Source: a virus
Taxonomy: Duplodnaviria > Caudoviricetes
Reading direction: 5' to 3' (one strand)
Length of the DNA: 57,216 nucleotides
IMG/VR virus record: IMGVR_UViG_3300027877_000007
Span: 1-57,216 of that record
Shown one piece after another: positions 1-10,060 of this stretch (position 1 is its first letter; the number at the start of each line of letters is the position of its first letter). The notes beneath the pieces were generated by a model, which saw only the letters and a program-made list of their open reading frames with translations, was not told the origin of the DNA and searched no databases. The translations under genes and the position numbers were made by a program.

Positions 1-141
1 CAGGGCCGGGAGAATTCCGCAACTGTAACGTGATATTTGTCCAGTTCACAGGTGAAAAATATCCTGTGTGGGTAAGCATCTGCCCCAAGTGTGGAACGAA
101 ATGGAGAAACGACAAGCAGAGAAAAACACTGGTGAGTTGAG

Positions 142-354
142 ATGGAAGGTAAAGTGGAAGGCAAATGTCCTGTCTGTGGTAGCGTAGACTTGTTCTGTTG
201 CAAGAAAAACATGAACGGGTATGATTGCTATAGGTGCAACAAATGTGGCACAGAACCAATCTATTACCCTTCTGGCACGAAGCCTCTCAATGTCCGTAAA
301 CTGATGCTGGAAAAACTGGATGAGTATAAAGAAAAGGCTACACATTGGCGGTGA
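142..354 (+). CDS. Small zinc-ribbon protein
   Basis: CPVCG...CNKCG two-CxxC pattern; GGTGA RBS upstream. Confidence 0.6.
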   Translation: MEGKVEGKCPVCGSVDLFCCKKNMNGYDCYRCNKCGTEPIYYPSGTKPLNVRKLMLEKLDEYKEKATHWR

Positions 355-986
355 AAAGAAAATGACAAAATGGGCATGCGAGAACTGCCCTTCAGATAAA
401 ACAGACTGTAAAAAGTGTCTGTGCTATAAATGTCATCTACAGAAAAAGTGTCCCGGAGAACTGGGATGCATTTACGATGACAAGGGCAACATGAAACGAA
501 TCAAGAAGAAAACAGGAAACGTATGCACGGCATACGACTGGGGATAACAATGACAAAATACTGCGCATTTATGGTAAATGCCTGCACTGACAAGTGTATG
601 GCATACAACGTCTATGATGGTACATGCCGTAGACTTGCGGCACTGGAACGGATTGCGGATAATCTCAGCATACTGGATGTGAGGGTGGAAGGAAAAGAAT
701 GATCATTCATGACGGGAAGATTTCCCTGATAATTTGTAATTATTGTGGGGAAGTTATTGTCACGGTGGCAGAGCTTCTCCCTATTACCAAATGTATAGAT
801 ATGTGTGCTGATTGCGCCATTTATCGAGAACAACAGGGAGTACCAGAAAATGATGAGCGACTTTACTGATGATAGAGATCCATGTGAAGATTGTGACGAA
901 ACATGGCCAGACTGTGGCTGTGAGCCATGGGAGTGTTTACAGGAACAAGGAGAATATTTGATGGAGGCAACACGGGAGGCGCATGA

Positions 987-1208
987 ATGAGATGGAAGGA
1001 TAATTCAATACCGGAAAAAAAGAAAGTTAAACTTACACCTGACGAGGATGCCATGTACAACGAACTGATACGTGCGGGGCCACGAAAAATATCCTACGAG
1101 GAGCTCAATGAGGCATGTATCGCCTGTAACCTACCGTATGACAGGGGAATGAAAGCCATGATTGGCCTGTCAGTGAAAGGATATTTCTCTGTCAGGAAAA
1201 TCAAATGA
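987..1208 (+). CDS. Hypothetical protein
   Basis: ATGA overlaps with neighbouring ORFs on both sides. Confidence 0.55.
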   Translation: MRWKDNSIPEKKKVKLTPDEDAMYNELIRAGPRKISYEELNEACIACNLPYDRGMKAMIGLSVKGYFSVRKIK

Positions 1209-1398
1209 TCAGAGCGGATATATACCTGATGGATTCAACTACTCCGGTATACACCCTTGCTCATAAACGCAAGGAAGAGCTGCGTCATGATGGGTGGAGG
1301 GTAAAAATCCGTAAAAATGCAGATGGGATATTTCAGGTATGGAAAAAACATGTTGTGGTTATGGATACCCAGCGTGGTCATGGTAATGGGAGAAGAGT

Positions 1399-1629
1399 AT
1401 GACACGAACACGAATAGTCAGTGTTGATTTGACAGAGAGGGACATCCTGATGAATTCAGAATGTCTTTTTCTTGCCTCTGTGATAATGAAAGATCCTGAA
1501 ATGGTGAAGGATAATCCAAAGGCACTGGAGGCGGTTATCGATTTGCTGGATAACATTGAATCGTGGAAAGAATACTGCTTAAAAATGCAGGAGATATGCA
1601 TAAAAGCACAAACAACGAGTGGAACATGA
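1399..1629 (+). CDS. Hypothetical protein
   Basis: ATGA-coupled to neighbours. Confidence 0.55.
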   Translation: MTRTRIVSVDLTERDILMNSECLFLASVIMKDPEMVKDNPKALEAVIDLLDNIESWKEYCLKMQEICIKAQTTSGT

Positions 1630-1929
1630 AACCAAATTGTGATACCTGTGCCCGTAGGCAGATAAGCCGTGATCCGAACGGGTGTTTCAAATACTTAAGC
1701 ACGAGCCGGATAAGCCGGTTTGTTAAAAGTATAATCGGATGCAAATGGTATAGAAAGAGGAACTCGCCATGGTAACACCGCGTGAAACGAAGAAAGATAA
1801 TGTCTGGAAGAGCTTTACCAAAACGTGTGACCAGTGCTCCAGAGCTGACGGGTGTTCAGCCTTTCAGTTCGCATCGAGGATTGGATTCACAATGGACTAC
1901 TGTGTAGAGTTCAAGGAGATAATTGGATT

Positions 1930-2265
1930 ATGACGGGGCTGGACGAACTGGATAAATGGGTTACTTTACATGTCGGTGCAAAATATATAGATTATGTAGA
2001 GTTACGACAGAAAATACGTGAATTCCGCAAGAGTGAGTGTGAAATAGAGCCAAAACCTTGGGTAACTGCATATCAGGAAGGCGTATTAACCGGCATACAA
2101 TATGGACGCGAGAAGGTGCTGAACGATTTACGGAACACCCTTACACATAGACGGGTTTACCATGTTCACGACGACGAATTGCGGGGTCTTGAATTTTATG
2201 TTAAATTGTCTGATATTTATAAAGAGATAGACGATCTTCTCCGCAAGCAGGGTGAGCAGGAATGA
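1930..2265 (+). CDS. Hypothetical protein with REKVL...LRxQGE C-terminal module
   Basis: Likely start at ATG 1930, overlapping the upstream stop; C-terminus resembles the next ORF. Confidence 0.6.
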   Translation: MTGLDELDKWVTLHVGAKYIDYVELRQKIREFRKSECEIEPKPWVTAYQEGVLTGIQYGREKVLNDLRNTLTHRRVYHVHDDELRGLEFYVKLSDIYKEIDDLLRKQGEQE

Positions 2266-2591
2266 CACAGGAATACATCATCACCGAGGAAAAGATTAAC
2301 GCGATTCTTAATTTTCTAATTGGAGATGATTACAGGTTTGTTCATAAGATACTTTCCAGTTGCCGTCCATACACCAACGAGTGTGATCCGGGTATGGGTG
2401 TAGATGATTTTGTATCTTTAGCCGGGAAAATGGAAGTATCTATCCGCAAAGACGAGCGTGAGAAGGTGCTGAATGAGTTTTTACGGATATTATCAAAAGA
2501 GGAATTTCCATGTATGGAATCACCATATACTGTTATTGAACGCATCCACAAAATAATTGAACAACTCCGCAATCAGGGTGAGCCGAAATGA
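2262..2591 (+). CDS. Hypothetical protein with REKVL...LRxQGE C-terminal module
   Basis: ATGA overlap; shares C-terminal motif with the upstream ORF. Confidence 0.65.
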   Translation: MTQEYIITEEKINAILNFLIGDDYRFVHKILSSCRPYTNECDPGMGVDDFVSLAGKMEVSIRKDEREKVLNEFLRILSKEEFPCMESPYTVIERIHKIIEQLRNQGEPK

Positions 2592-3467
2592 TAAAAACCT
2601 GTAAGAATAATCCACGTGCAAAATATGTGGACACGGGGAAACACACACTCACTACCAGAGAACGTGCGGCAAAACTACGGATGTATGGTGAGGCGAAATG
2701 ATACTCTGGATGATGATATGTGATTTATTCGGTCATGGAGAAACCGAACGGAAATGGTATGAATGGAAAAAACCATTTGCTGGTAGGCATGGAGAATATA
2801 TCACATCCTGTAAACGGTGTGGAATGATAGTGAGGATTGAAAGATGACTGCACATCCGAAGAGATGTAAACTATGCCGTTTTGGGTATGGAGGCACTGGG
2901 AGGCATTGGTGCTACGCAAATCCGTCTGCAAATGGAGGGCATAGACAATGGATTTGTGAGGATACCTATAATGATTTCATTGCACTTCTTGGATGTGCGT
3001 CATTTAAGGAAGAGGATGAACATGACAGTTGAACCAATATCCCTTATTACAGGGGTGTGTCTTGGGTATGTTGTATGCTGGTGTATCATCCAGTATAAAT
3101 GGGAAGTTAAATGTAAGGCATGTGAATTCTCCAACGAGGCTATACAGAAGGAAGTGTATAGGCATTGAGGTGAAATAAGTGAAAATGGGTGATGCACCAC
3201 CAATGTGTTATCGAAACAGGAGCTTGCCGTATAATCCTGATAACGAGGTATGTATGGCCTGTAAATGGAAAATGGATTGTAACAACGGGAATAAAACAAT
3301 TAAAATCAGGTGGAAAAAATGAATCAGATAAAAGAAGCACGGTTACGCCTTGAACGTTCACTCGAAGAGATGGACAGGGTAGGCCGCGAATGGGATGAGT
3401 TGGTGAAAATACAGGAACGTTGCAGTGAGAAGAGATTGAAATGGTGGCGAGAGAAGATAAACCGATA

Positions 3468-3483
3468 GTTCGCATTTGCGAAC
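3468..3483. repeat. 16-bp palindrome GTTCGCAWWTGCGAAC, first of 9 copies (others at 7037, 10198, 20614, 30353, 32970, 49600, 49934, 56126)
   Basis: Read directly; identical 7-bp arms, central 2 nt TT, AA or TA. Confidence 0.9.
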
Positions 3484-3537
3484 CGAATCGTTTTTAAATA
3501 AGAAACATTTATTTTATCTGAACGCCTATAAATTAGT

Positions 3538-4218
3538 ATGCCTGTAGGCACTTTTGAACGATTCGGAACAGATGATGTTGTCATAAAGCTGGAGGTTGAA
3601 GGCACTGAACAGATGTGCACCTTCAAGACAACACCAAAGGTACATGACTGGATTGCAAATCATCCGGCATGGTTTTCCAAAGGTTCGGTTGTCGATTATG
3701 CTGTTAATAAGGACGGTGTGATAGGTAAAATCACACAGGCCGGTGGGTTCAAGAAAGGGACTGAGCCAAAGGCAAAATCTCAACAGGAGTTGTGGGAAGA
3801 GAAACAGAAAGCAAAATCGGCTATCGATGCCATGAAGTCACCACCACCTCCAAAAGAAGTGGTTGAGAAAAAGGCAGAGGCAGCCGGGTTCAAGCCACCC
3901 ACAGGGACGTTCACTCCAGAGGAACAGGCAAAAATGTTCGGGAATCTTCCTCTGACAAACCGGGTGACAGAATCCTCATACCAGCAACCGGCAAAACTTA
4001 TAGGCATGTTTGATCCGGCAAAGGTGCATGGATACGAGGTTACAGATACCTGCCAGATTACGAACTTTGAACCTGTCACAATAAAAGTGATTGGTGATGA
4101 CGTAGAAACGTGCAGGAAGGCGTTAATCGAGGCATGGGGTATCTTCGGCCAGTATAACGAAGTCACCAGAGAAACGGTCACAAAACACATCCAGACACAC
4201 TTATTGAGGAAGTTATGA
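3538..4218 (+). CDS. Hypothetical protein (beta-rich N-terminal part, Pro/Lys-rich linker)
   Basis: 226-aa ORF downstream of an AT-rich TATA-like region. Confidence 0.7.
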   Translation: MPVGTFERFGTDDVVIKLEVEGTEQMCTFKTTPKVHDWIANHPAWFSKGSVVDYAVNKDGVIGKITQAGGFKKGTEPKAKSQQELWEEKQKAKSAIDAMKSPPPPKEVVEKKAEAAGFKPPTGTFTPEEQAKMFGNLPLTNRVTESSYQQPAKLIGMFDPAKVHGYEVTDTCQITNFEPVTIKVIGDDVETCRKALIEAWGIFGQYNEVTRETVTKHIQTHLLRKL

Positions 4219-4478
4219 GTAGTACTGACAGGGAAACTATCTGCCACGCACTGGGTGTGGAGGACAGAACAGAAAAACAAAAACAGGAAACTGCAATCGT
4301 TTTGGGTAAGTTACTACATATGGATAACTACACCGTTGATTGTGCTATCGTAGATATGTTCGTAATTTACGGCATACATGATACGCCTGAAGCCAGAAAG
4401 ATTGCAGCTGAAATGTATACCCTCGGAGCTTCGGTAGAAACAGCCGCGTACTTCCTCTCTATGTTAAAAGAAAAGTAG
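4215..4478 (+). CDS. Hypothetical protein
   Basis: ATGA overlap with the upstream gene. Confidence 0.6.
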   Translation: MSSTDRETICHALGVEDRTEKQKQETAIVLGKLLHMDNYTVDCAIVDMFVIYGIHDTPEARKIAAEMYTLGASVETAAYFLSMLKEK

Positions 4479-4721
4479 GTGGCATGGATGGCGAAGATGA
4501 ATCCTACGCTAGTAGTAGTGCCAGTTCCACCAAGACCTAACTATGTGGGCAAATTCAAGCGCCTTGACGATTATATTTGTAGTTCTCCATCAGGCACAAT
4601 CTTCTTTTCTGAAACCCTTGCAAAACAATTTCTCATGTCAAGTGCAAAAACTATTGGTGGCCTGTTGCGTCAGAGAGAGGATGTAGAGAAAATAAAATGC
4701 GGGACGTGGATGAAATTATGA
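4479..4721 (+). CDS. Small putative winged-helix DNA-binding protein
   Basis: SETLAKQFLMSSAKTIGGLLRQREDV..W; resembles the next two ORFs. Confidence 0.5.
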   Translation: MAWMAKMNPTLVVVPVPPRPNYVGKFKRLDDYICSSPSGTIFFSETLAKQFLMSSAKTIGGLLRQREDVEKIKCGTWMKL

Positions 4722-4972
4722 GATTTATGGGTGTTTACAAGCCGTATAGGTTACGATCACCAACTATACCATACAAGAATCGGAGGATAAAATCAATCCC
4801 TGAAAAGATTGATGACGTTATCCTTGACTATAAAAAGAAAGGGGATACTTATGTTATATCACGTGACATAGCCAAATCTCTCAACATAATGCCTAACCGT
4901 GTAGGCGCACTCCTGCGTCAAAGTAAGTGTGTTGAATACGACAGGGAAAAAAATTGCTGGGTGATTCTGTAA
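4718..4972 (+). CDS. Small putative winged-helix DNA-binding protein
   Basis: SRDIAKSLNIMPNRVGALLRQSKCV..W; start placed at the ATGA overlap. Confidence 0.55.
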   Translation: MRFMGVYKPYRLRSPTIPYKNRRIKSIPEKIDDVILDYKKKGDTYVISRDIAKSLNIMPNRVGALLRQSKCVEYDREKNCWVIL

Positions 4973-5211
4973 TGAATTCAATGCTGGCACACCGAAGGCG
5001 GTTACGAGTGAGAATTGGAAACTATCTGGATACCCTCCCATCAGGACGTATTTTTACCCTCGATGAACTGGGAGCCAGATTTGGACGGAGTACAATGTCA
5101 ATGGCAGCTCTTATCAAGGAATTCACGGATACGAAGGTTAAGAAAATTCGTGAATCGCGTGGTGGACATTGCAGCTACAATTATTACCCGTCTATCTGGA
5201 TAAAACTATGA
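4972..5211 (+). CDS. Small putative winged-helix DNA-binding protein
   Basis: FTLDELGARFGRSTMSMAALIKE..W; TAATG coupling. Confidence 0.5.
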   Translation: MNSMLAHRRRLRVRIGNYLDTLPSGRIFTLDELGARFGRSTMSMAALIKEFTDTKVKKIRESRGGHCSYNYYPSIWIKL

Positions 5212-5439
5212 GGGTAAATCCCAAGTACAATAATATTTGCTGGAACAGAAATCTGAAGTGTAAGGGGTGTAGTAAGGAGTGGGAGTGTAAGTGTCACTAC
5301 TTGAATGGTAGGTGGCACTACTATATCCGGCCAGAGTATCGTCCGAAATGGAATATGGAAGGTAACTGTCAGGTGAAATTACGTCCCAAGCCGGGTGGCC
5401 TTTACGATACTTTATAAATAAATCCCTCTTTTTTCCCAG

Positions 5440-5690
5440 TACTCCCTAACTCCGTAAGGTCTGTTGGTATAGGAACTTTTTGAAACTGGATACCACACTA
5501 AAAAATGTCTATTTTCTTGCATTATATTATTTTCAGTTACCTATAAATACCAATAATGACAAATCATACAACAAGACTTTTCGGTACTTTTTAATACGAT
5601 AGTCAAGACTTTCTCGTTTCTGGAAAAATACCTGACACACCCTTCCCGGAAAAGTTCCTACCACCGGGAAGGTTACGGAGTTATGGAGTA
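5440..5690. repeat. Long imperfect inverted repeat flanking an AT-rich non-coding spacer (origin-like)
   Basis: TACTCCCTAACTCCGTAA..TAGGAACTTTT (5440-5480) versus AAAAGTTCCTA..TTACGGAGTTATGGAGTA (5650-5690); CAAGACTTT occurs twice inside. Confidence 0.7.
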
Positions 5691-5729
5691 ATGGAACGGT
5701 TTTTATCTATTACCTGCAAATAGTATCTC

Positions 5730-6011
5730 ATGCGTGAAAGAACTGTCTATAAATGGAGGATATATTCCAGAGATCCGGATTCAAAATATCATCAAAAAAG
5801 GTATTTTGCACGGAAACAGTATGATCACACCATTAAAAAATATAAGTGGGAGTACCTGCATCGGTTTGTTTGGGAAGCTCATAACGGAAAAATCCCACCC
5901 GGTTTTGCTGTCATTCATAAAAACGGGGATATATCTGATAACAGGATAGAAAACCTCGATTGTATACCAGTTGTCACCCACCTTCACAATATCAGAAAGA
6001 ACCGTTTATAA
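5730..6011 (+). CDS. HNH endonuclease (HNH_3-like)
   Basis: LHRFVWEAHNGKIPPGFAVIHKNGDISDNRIENL. Confidence 0.85.
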   Translation: MRERTVYKWRIYSRDPDSKYHQKRYFARKQYDHTIKKYKWEYLHRFVWEAHNGKIPPGFAVIHKNGDISDNRIENLDCIPVVTHLHNIRKNRL

Positions 6012-6311
6012 GGATACAAAGACAATACAGGGGTAAGCATGAAACAGAAAGACATCTGGTGCAGTATGTGTTATTCTCCGTATAGTGATCATGAAGGTGG
6101 TCTGGAGTATAAGGATAATGTGATTGAAGGTCAGTTCTGTTCTAAAAAATGTTTTGATTTGTGGGTTCGATGGAAGGTTGCATTTCTGGAGTGGTCAAAA
6201 CTATGATTGATGATATACGGATGCGCAGGGGTTCTTACGGGTACTGGAGATTACATGCATCAGCTCCTCTGGCAAGGCGTATAGCTGCATGGATACAAAG
6301 GGATATCAGGT

Positions 6312-6875
6312 GTGAGAAGATTGGTAGACTTAACCGTTCGGACGAGTAACCGGAAGAAGAAGCTACAAAAAACGTGGGCAGGGAAGCTCTGGAAGGAGAA
6401 ACGACTGGAGTTCATAGGTGACAGGGGATGCTCATGGTGCGGCTCAAAGGAGTATCTAACCGTCCACCATCCCTACCGTAACAGCTACGGTTCAGAGCTC
6501 TACATGGACTTCTACCTCTCACAATGTGTAGTCCTGTGCAGGCGGTGTCATTCTGCCCTGCATGCGGGTAAGGTATTGTGTGAGTGCAGAGAACACTACC
6601 GTCCCTTCGACGCACAGGAGTGTTTTGTCTGCTATGCCAGTAAGTATCCAGAGGTACTGGAGAAGGTGGAGATAGACAAAATCAAGAAGAAGAAGGCAGA
6701 TAAGCTGTATCGTCATAATAAATACCTCGAAGCCAAGGCCAGATGTACTGGGAAGGGGAAGATCACCGGGAGCTATCCGAAGAAGGGTGTAAAAAGCCGT
6801 GGGACAGGCGAGGTGAAAAGCGATACAAATGTATCAAATTCTGGTGTTAAGAGTGACAGAAGTGGAATGGAATGA
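6312..6875 (+). CDS. HNH endonuclease with zinc-binding cysteines
   Basis: CSWCGSKEYLTVHH...VVLCRRCH. Confidence 0.75.
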   Translation: MRRLVDLTVRTSNRKKKLQKTWAGKLWKEKRLEFIGDRGCSWCGSKEYLTVHHPYRNSYGSELYMDFYLSQCVVLCRRCHSALHAGKVLCECREHYRPFDAQECFVCYASKYPEVLEKVEIDKIKKKKADKLYRHNKYLEAKARCTGKGKITGSYPKKGVKSRGTGEVKSDTNVSNSGVKSDRSGME

Positions 6876-7164
6876 AATACGGCGTAAACCTGTCAGAATC
6901 CATTTCCCTGATTGTTACAGGGAGGGGATGTACCGTCCAGAACCAGAGTGCTGGACATGTGATATCCACTCGATGTGCAAGCCGCGAGCCAAGAAAAAGG
7001 TGAAGGATAATGTTTGAATGTCTATGGTGTGTAAAAGTTCGCAAATGCGAACGGTGGAGAGTGGCATGGGAAAAAGCCAGTCTTGCCTCCACGTCTGGTG
7101 AAAAACGGCATGAAATGTTATGTGAACAGACAAAGGGGTGTTCTGATTACGAGGAAGATGTTGG

Positions 7165-8406
7165 ATGACCATAGAGATAAAACAGGGACACGTCATAGAC
7201 AAGCTGCGGGAGCTACCGGATAAATCCGTGCATTGCGTAGTTACCAGTCCTCCATACTGGGGATTGCGCAACTATGGGACAGCCGGGATAATATGGGAAT
7301 CATACATACCCTGCACCTGTAAGGAACATGAATGGAAAATGGTGCATCCTTCAGGGTATCGGGAGAGTGACACGAATCCCGGAGAGATACAATCCGAAGG
7401 CACGAAAAATCGGGACGGTCTTACCTCATATATCTGTAAAAACTGCGGTTCGTGGCGAGGGGAGCTGGGGTTAGAACCTACGCCTGAAATGTATGTTGAT
7501 CATCTGGTGGAGATATTCAGGAAGATGTGGCGTGTCCTGCGTGATGATGGCACGGTCTGGCTGGTCATAGGAGATTCATATACCAGCGGTAATACTCCAG
7601 AGGGGTTAAAACCAAAGGATTTGGTAGGTATCCCGTGGAGGACAGCCTTTGCATTACAGGCTGATGGCTGGTATCTGCGCAGTGACATAATCTGGTCAAA
7701 GCCAAATCCCATGCCAGAGAGTGTAGAGGACAGGCCGGTAAAGGGGCATGAGTACGTGTTCCTCTTATCCAAGAGCAGAAAATACTACTATGATTACGTG
7801 GCAATACAGGAAAAATCCGCATACGATGGCCGTCAGGACACTGTAATGAAAGGTTCGGAAAAATACCGCAATGGATATGCACCTACAGATAATCCTCAAT
7901 CCTGTGCAATCGTAGGGCACGAACGGTGGCCGTTTAAGGCCAGTGATGGTACTCCCATGAGGAACAGGCGCACTGTATGGGAAATCCCTACCCAGCCTAC
8001 ACCAGATGCCCATTTCGCTACGTACCCGGAGGCTTTGGTGTTGCCATGCATACGTGCCGGGACATCAGATATGGGTGTATGTCCTGACTGTGGTGCACCA
8101 TGGGTAAGGATAATCCATAGAGAGAAAGCTGACCGTGTAGAGAGGACGGATAATCCAAATACAGGTGGCCTGATGCGATGCCCACCACAACAGGATAAAG
8201 TGACTACAAAAGGGTGGGAGCCGTCATGCAAATGCGGAAAAATTTATAGTGTGTCTGCAACCATCCTTGATCCATTCGGTGGCAGTGGGACTACTGCGAA
8301 GGTTGCACGCGAGCTGAACAGGCATTGCATCCTGATAGAACTGAATCCTGACTACATTAAAATCATGCGTAAAAAACTACGTCTGAACGAGCAGCTGATT
8401 GTATGA
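7165..8406 (+). CDS. DNA N4-cytosine/N6-adenine methyltransferase (beta class) with Cys-rich insertions
   Basis: VTSPPY catalytic motif; RVLRDDGTVW; DIIWSKPNPMPES; HFATYP; LDPFGGSGTT SAM motif. Confidence 0.93.
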   Translation: MTIEIKQGHVIDKLRELPDKSVHCVVTSPPYWGLRNYGTAGIIWESYIPCTCKEHEWKMVHPSGYRESDTNPGEIQSEGTKNRDGLTSYICKNCGSWRGELGLEPTPEMYVDHLVEIFRKMWRVLRDDGTVWLVIGDSYTSGNTPEGLKPKDLVGIPWRTAFALQADGWYLRSDIIWSKPNPMPESVEDRPVKGHEYVFLLSKSRKYYYDYVAIQEKSAYDGRQDTVMKGSEKYRNGYAPTDNPQSCAIVGHERWPFKASDGTPMRNRRTVWEIPTQPTPDAHFATYPEALVLPCIRAGTSDMGVCPDCGAPWVRIIHREKADRVERTDNPNTGGLMRCPPQQDKVTTKGWEPSCKCGKIYSVSATILDPFGGSGTTAKVARELNRHCILIELNPDYIKIMRKKLRLNEQLIV

Positions 8407-8587
8407 TAGGAATAAAAGAGATGAAACTGGTAGAGATACGGTCTGAAGATCCTGAATTCTATTACTGCTACGAGGTAGGAAGTCACCCTCGAAACATGGT
8501 ATTGGTGAATAAAAGGTGGTTGAAAATGTATCCTGACGATTTCCGTATGCAACGGGATAAAAAGACCATGCTGGTGCGTGCTGACAT

Positions 8588-9013
8588 ATGATGCTCTTCA
8601 AAAAATACCATGTATTGCCCATGTACTTGGGAATAAAAACCTATACCCGTAGGTTCTGGAAGTATCCACGCAAGGTAGGCAGCTTCCATAAATGCCAGAC
8701 AGATTTTCGGAGCGCTCCATTCGGGGCACTGGAGATTCTTGAAGTCTACCAGCAACCCTTGGATATGATGGATGAGTGGGATGCGTGCCGTGAAGGTGGG
8801 TATACCCTCGAAGAATATAAAAAGACACTGGAGATGATCACGAAGAAAAAGTGGGATCCGGCAGCTACTCCATACGTTGTCAGGTTCAAATTCACGCCTA
8901 TGGAAGAGCTGAATGATGAAGGATTAATATGGGAATACACACGCCTGTGGAGAGAACACATGGAGGAAATAAATGGAATTCGTCATGAAGTCAGCCTGTT
9001 CCAACTGTGGTGA
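8588..9013 (+). CDS. ASCH domain protein
   Basis: GIKTYTRR..W; DACREGG; PYVVRF pattern of the ASCH/PUA-like fold. Confidence 0.75.
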   Translation: MMLFKKYHVLPMYLGIKTYTRRFWKYPRKVGSFHKCQTDFRSAPFGALEILEVYQQPLDMMDEWDACREGGYTLEEYKKTLEMITKKKWDPAATPYVVRFKFTPMEELNDEGLIWEYTRLWREHMEEINGIRHEVSLFQLW

Positions 9014-9165
9014 GATAATCCCGGCCAGCTTTGAAATCTATAAATTATGTCCTGTCTGTGAGATGCGGTTGAAACAGCTGTCAGAGAATGTAAAAAGAGA
9101 AATGCAGGTATTCGGAGAGATGAGGCGCAAAGTACGAGAGAATAACAAAGAATAAGTGATTTTTT

Positions 9166-9522
9166 ATGGGTGATACAATGGATGGATATAAATGCTGGAG
9201 ATGTTTCCATGTAGTACCGTCAGAAGAGATGCTCAAAGGTGAGAAAGACGTTCCAAAATGTCCTTTATGTGGGGAAGAAAAGCTGGTCAAGAAAATGTGT
9301 ATTCTGGATACTGGAGTGTGTCGATGCGCACGTGACACGCATGCTGAAGTTATCCTCTGTAAATCGTGCCACGATCCTATGTGTCCCGAATGTGGTTCGC
9401 ACGATGTAGTGGGTGTATCCAGAGTGACAGGGTATCTGTCCGATGTATCGGGCTGGCGCATGTCAAAAAAAGCGGAATTCAATGACCGTATGAGATATAA
9501 CGTGGGTGAAGCTTTCAGATGA
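9166..9522 (+). CDS. Zinc-ribbon protein with NrdD (class III RNR) C-terminal glycyl-radical-like motif
   Basis: CPECGSHDVVGVSRVTGYLSDVSGW...KKAEFNDR; extra CxxC pairs at the N-terminus. Confidence 0.8.
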   Translation: MGDTMDGYKCWRCFHVVPSEEMLKGEKDVPKCPLCGEEKLVKKMCILDTGVCRCARDTHAEVILCKSCHDPMCPECGSHDVVGVSRVTGYLSDVSGWRMSKKAEFNDRMRYNVGEAFR

Positions 9523-9679
9523 TGTGCAGGTCATTTGAAAACACAGGGAAGCTGAAGCTGTGTCACCAGAACTACTGCCCAAATGTATTCAATGATAATA
9601 TTCAATGCCCTATAAAACGAAGGATGGCACGAAGAAAAGACGGGACGAAGATGTTTCCGAACGAATAAAAAAGAGAAGT

Positions 9680-9898
9680 TCAGGCTGAAGCTGCTTCAGC
9701 TTCCTCAGCCCTTTTGTTGTAGTTCACGATTTCACGCAGGCCGTGTCCATAGTGGAGGGAGTATCCCTCTGCACTGTAAATCACGATGTGTTTGTACAGG
9801 GGATTTACGGAGATCATGAGGCCACCCGGCAGATTCATGTAGGTGGTGTGTTCCTTCCCGATGTTTACCTTGCGGGTTGTATAGGATTTTTTTGACAT
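9680..9898 (-). CDS. Hypothetical protein; one of few minus-strand genes
   Basis: Start MSKKSY preceded by AGGAGA RBS; TTATATAC box on the minus strand at about 9973-9980. Confidence 0.6.
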   Translation of the reverse strand: MSKKSYTTRKVNIGKEHTTYMNLPGGLMISVNPLYKHIVIYSAEGYSLHYGHGLREIVNYNKRAEEAEAASA

Positions 9899-9985
9899 GT
9901 TCTGTTCTCTCCTGTGGTGTGTCCACGATAGGTAGATAGGTTGTCTGACACGATAAAGGTTTCTATGTAGGGGTATATAACCACT

Positions 9986-10008
9986 GTCAGACATATGTCG
10001 TGCTGAAA
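9986..10008 (+). repeat. 23-bp dispersed motif GTCWGAC-N4-GTCGTGCTGAAA (copies at 9986, 13645, 15685, 17444; variants at 50297, 50366)
   Basis: Copies at 9986 and 13645 are identical (GTCAGACATATGTCGTGCTGAAA); all copies have the same orientation. Confidence 0.85.
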
Positions 10009-10060
10009 TGACCACCTACAGACGGTGAGGTTTTTAAGGATACGAAACCCACCCTCTATC

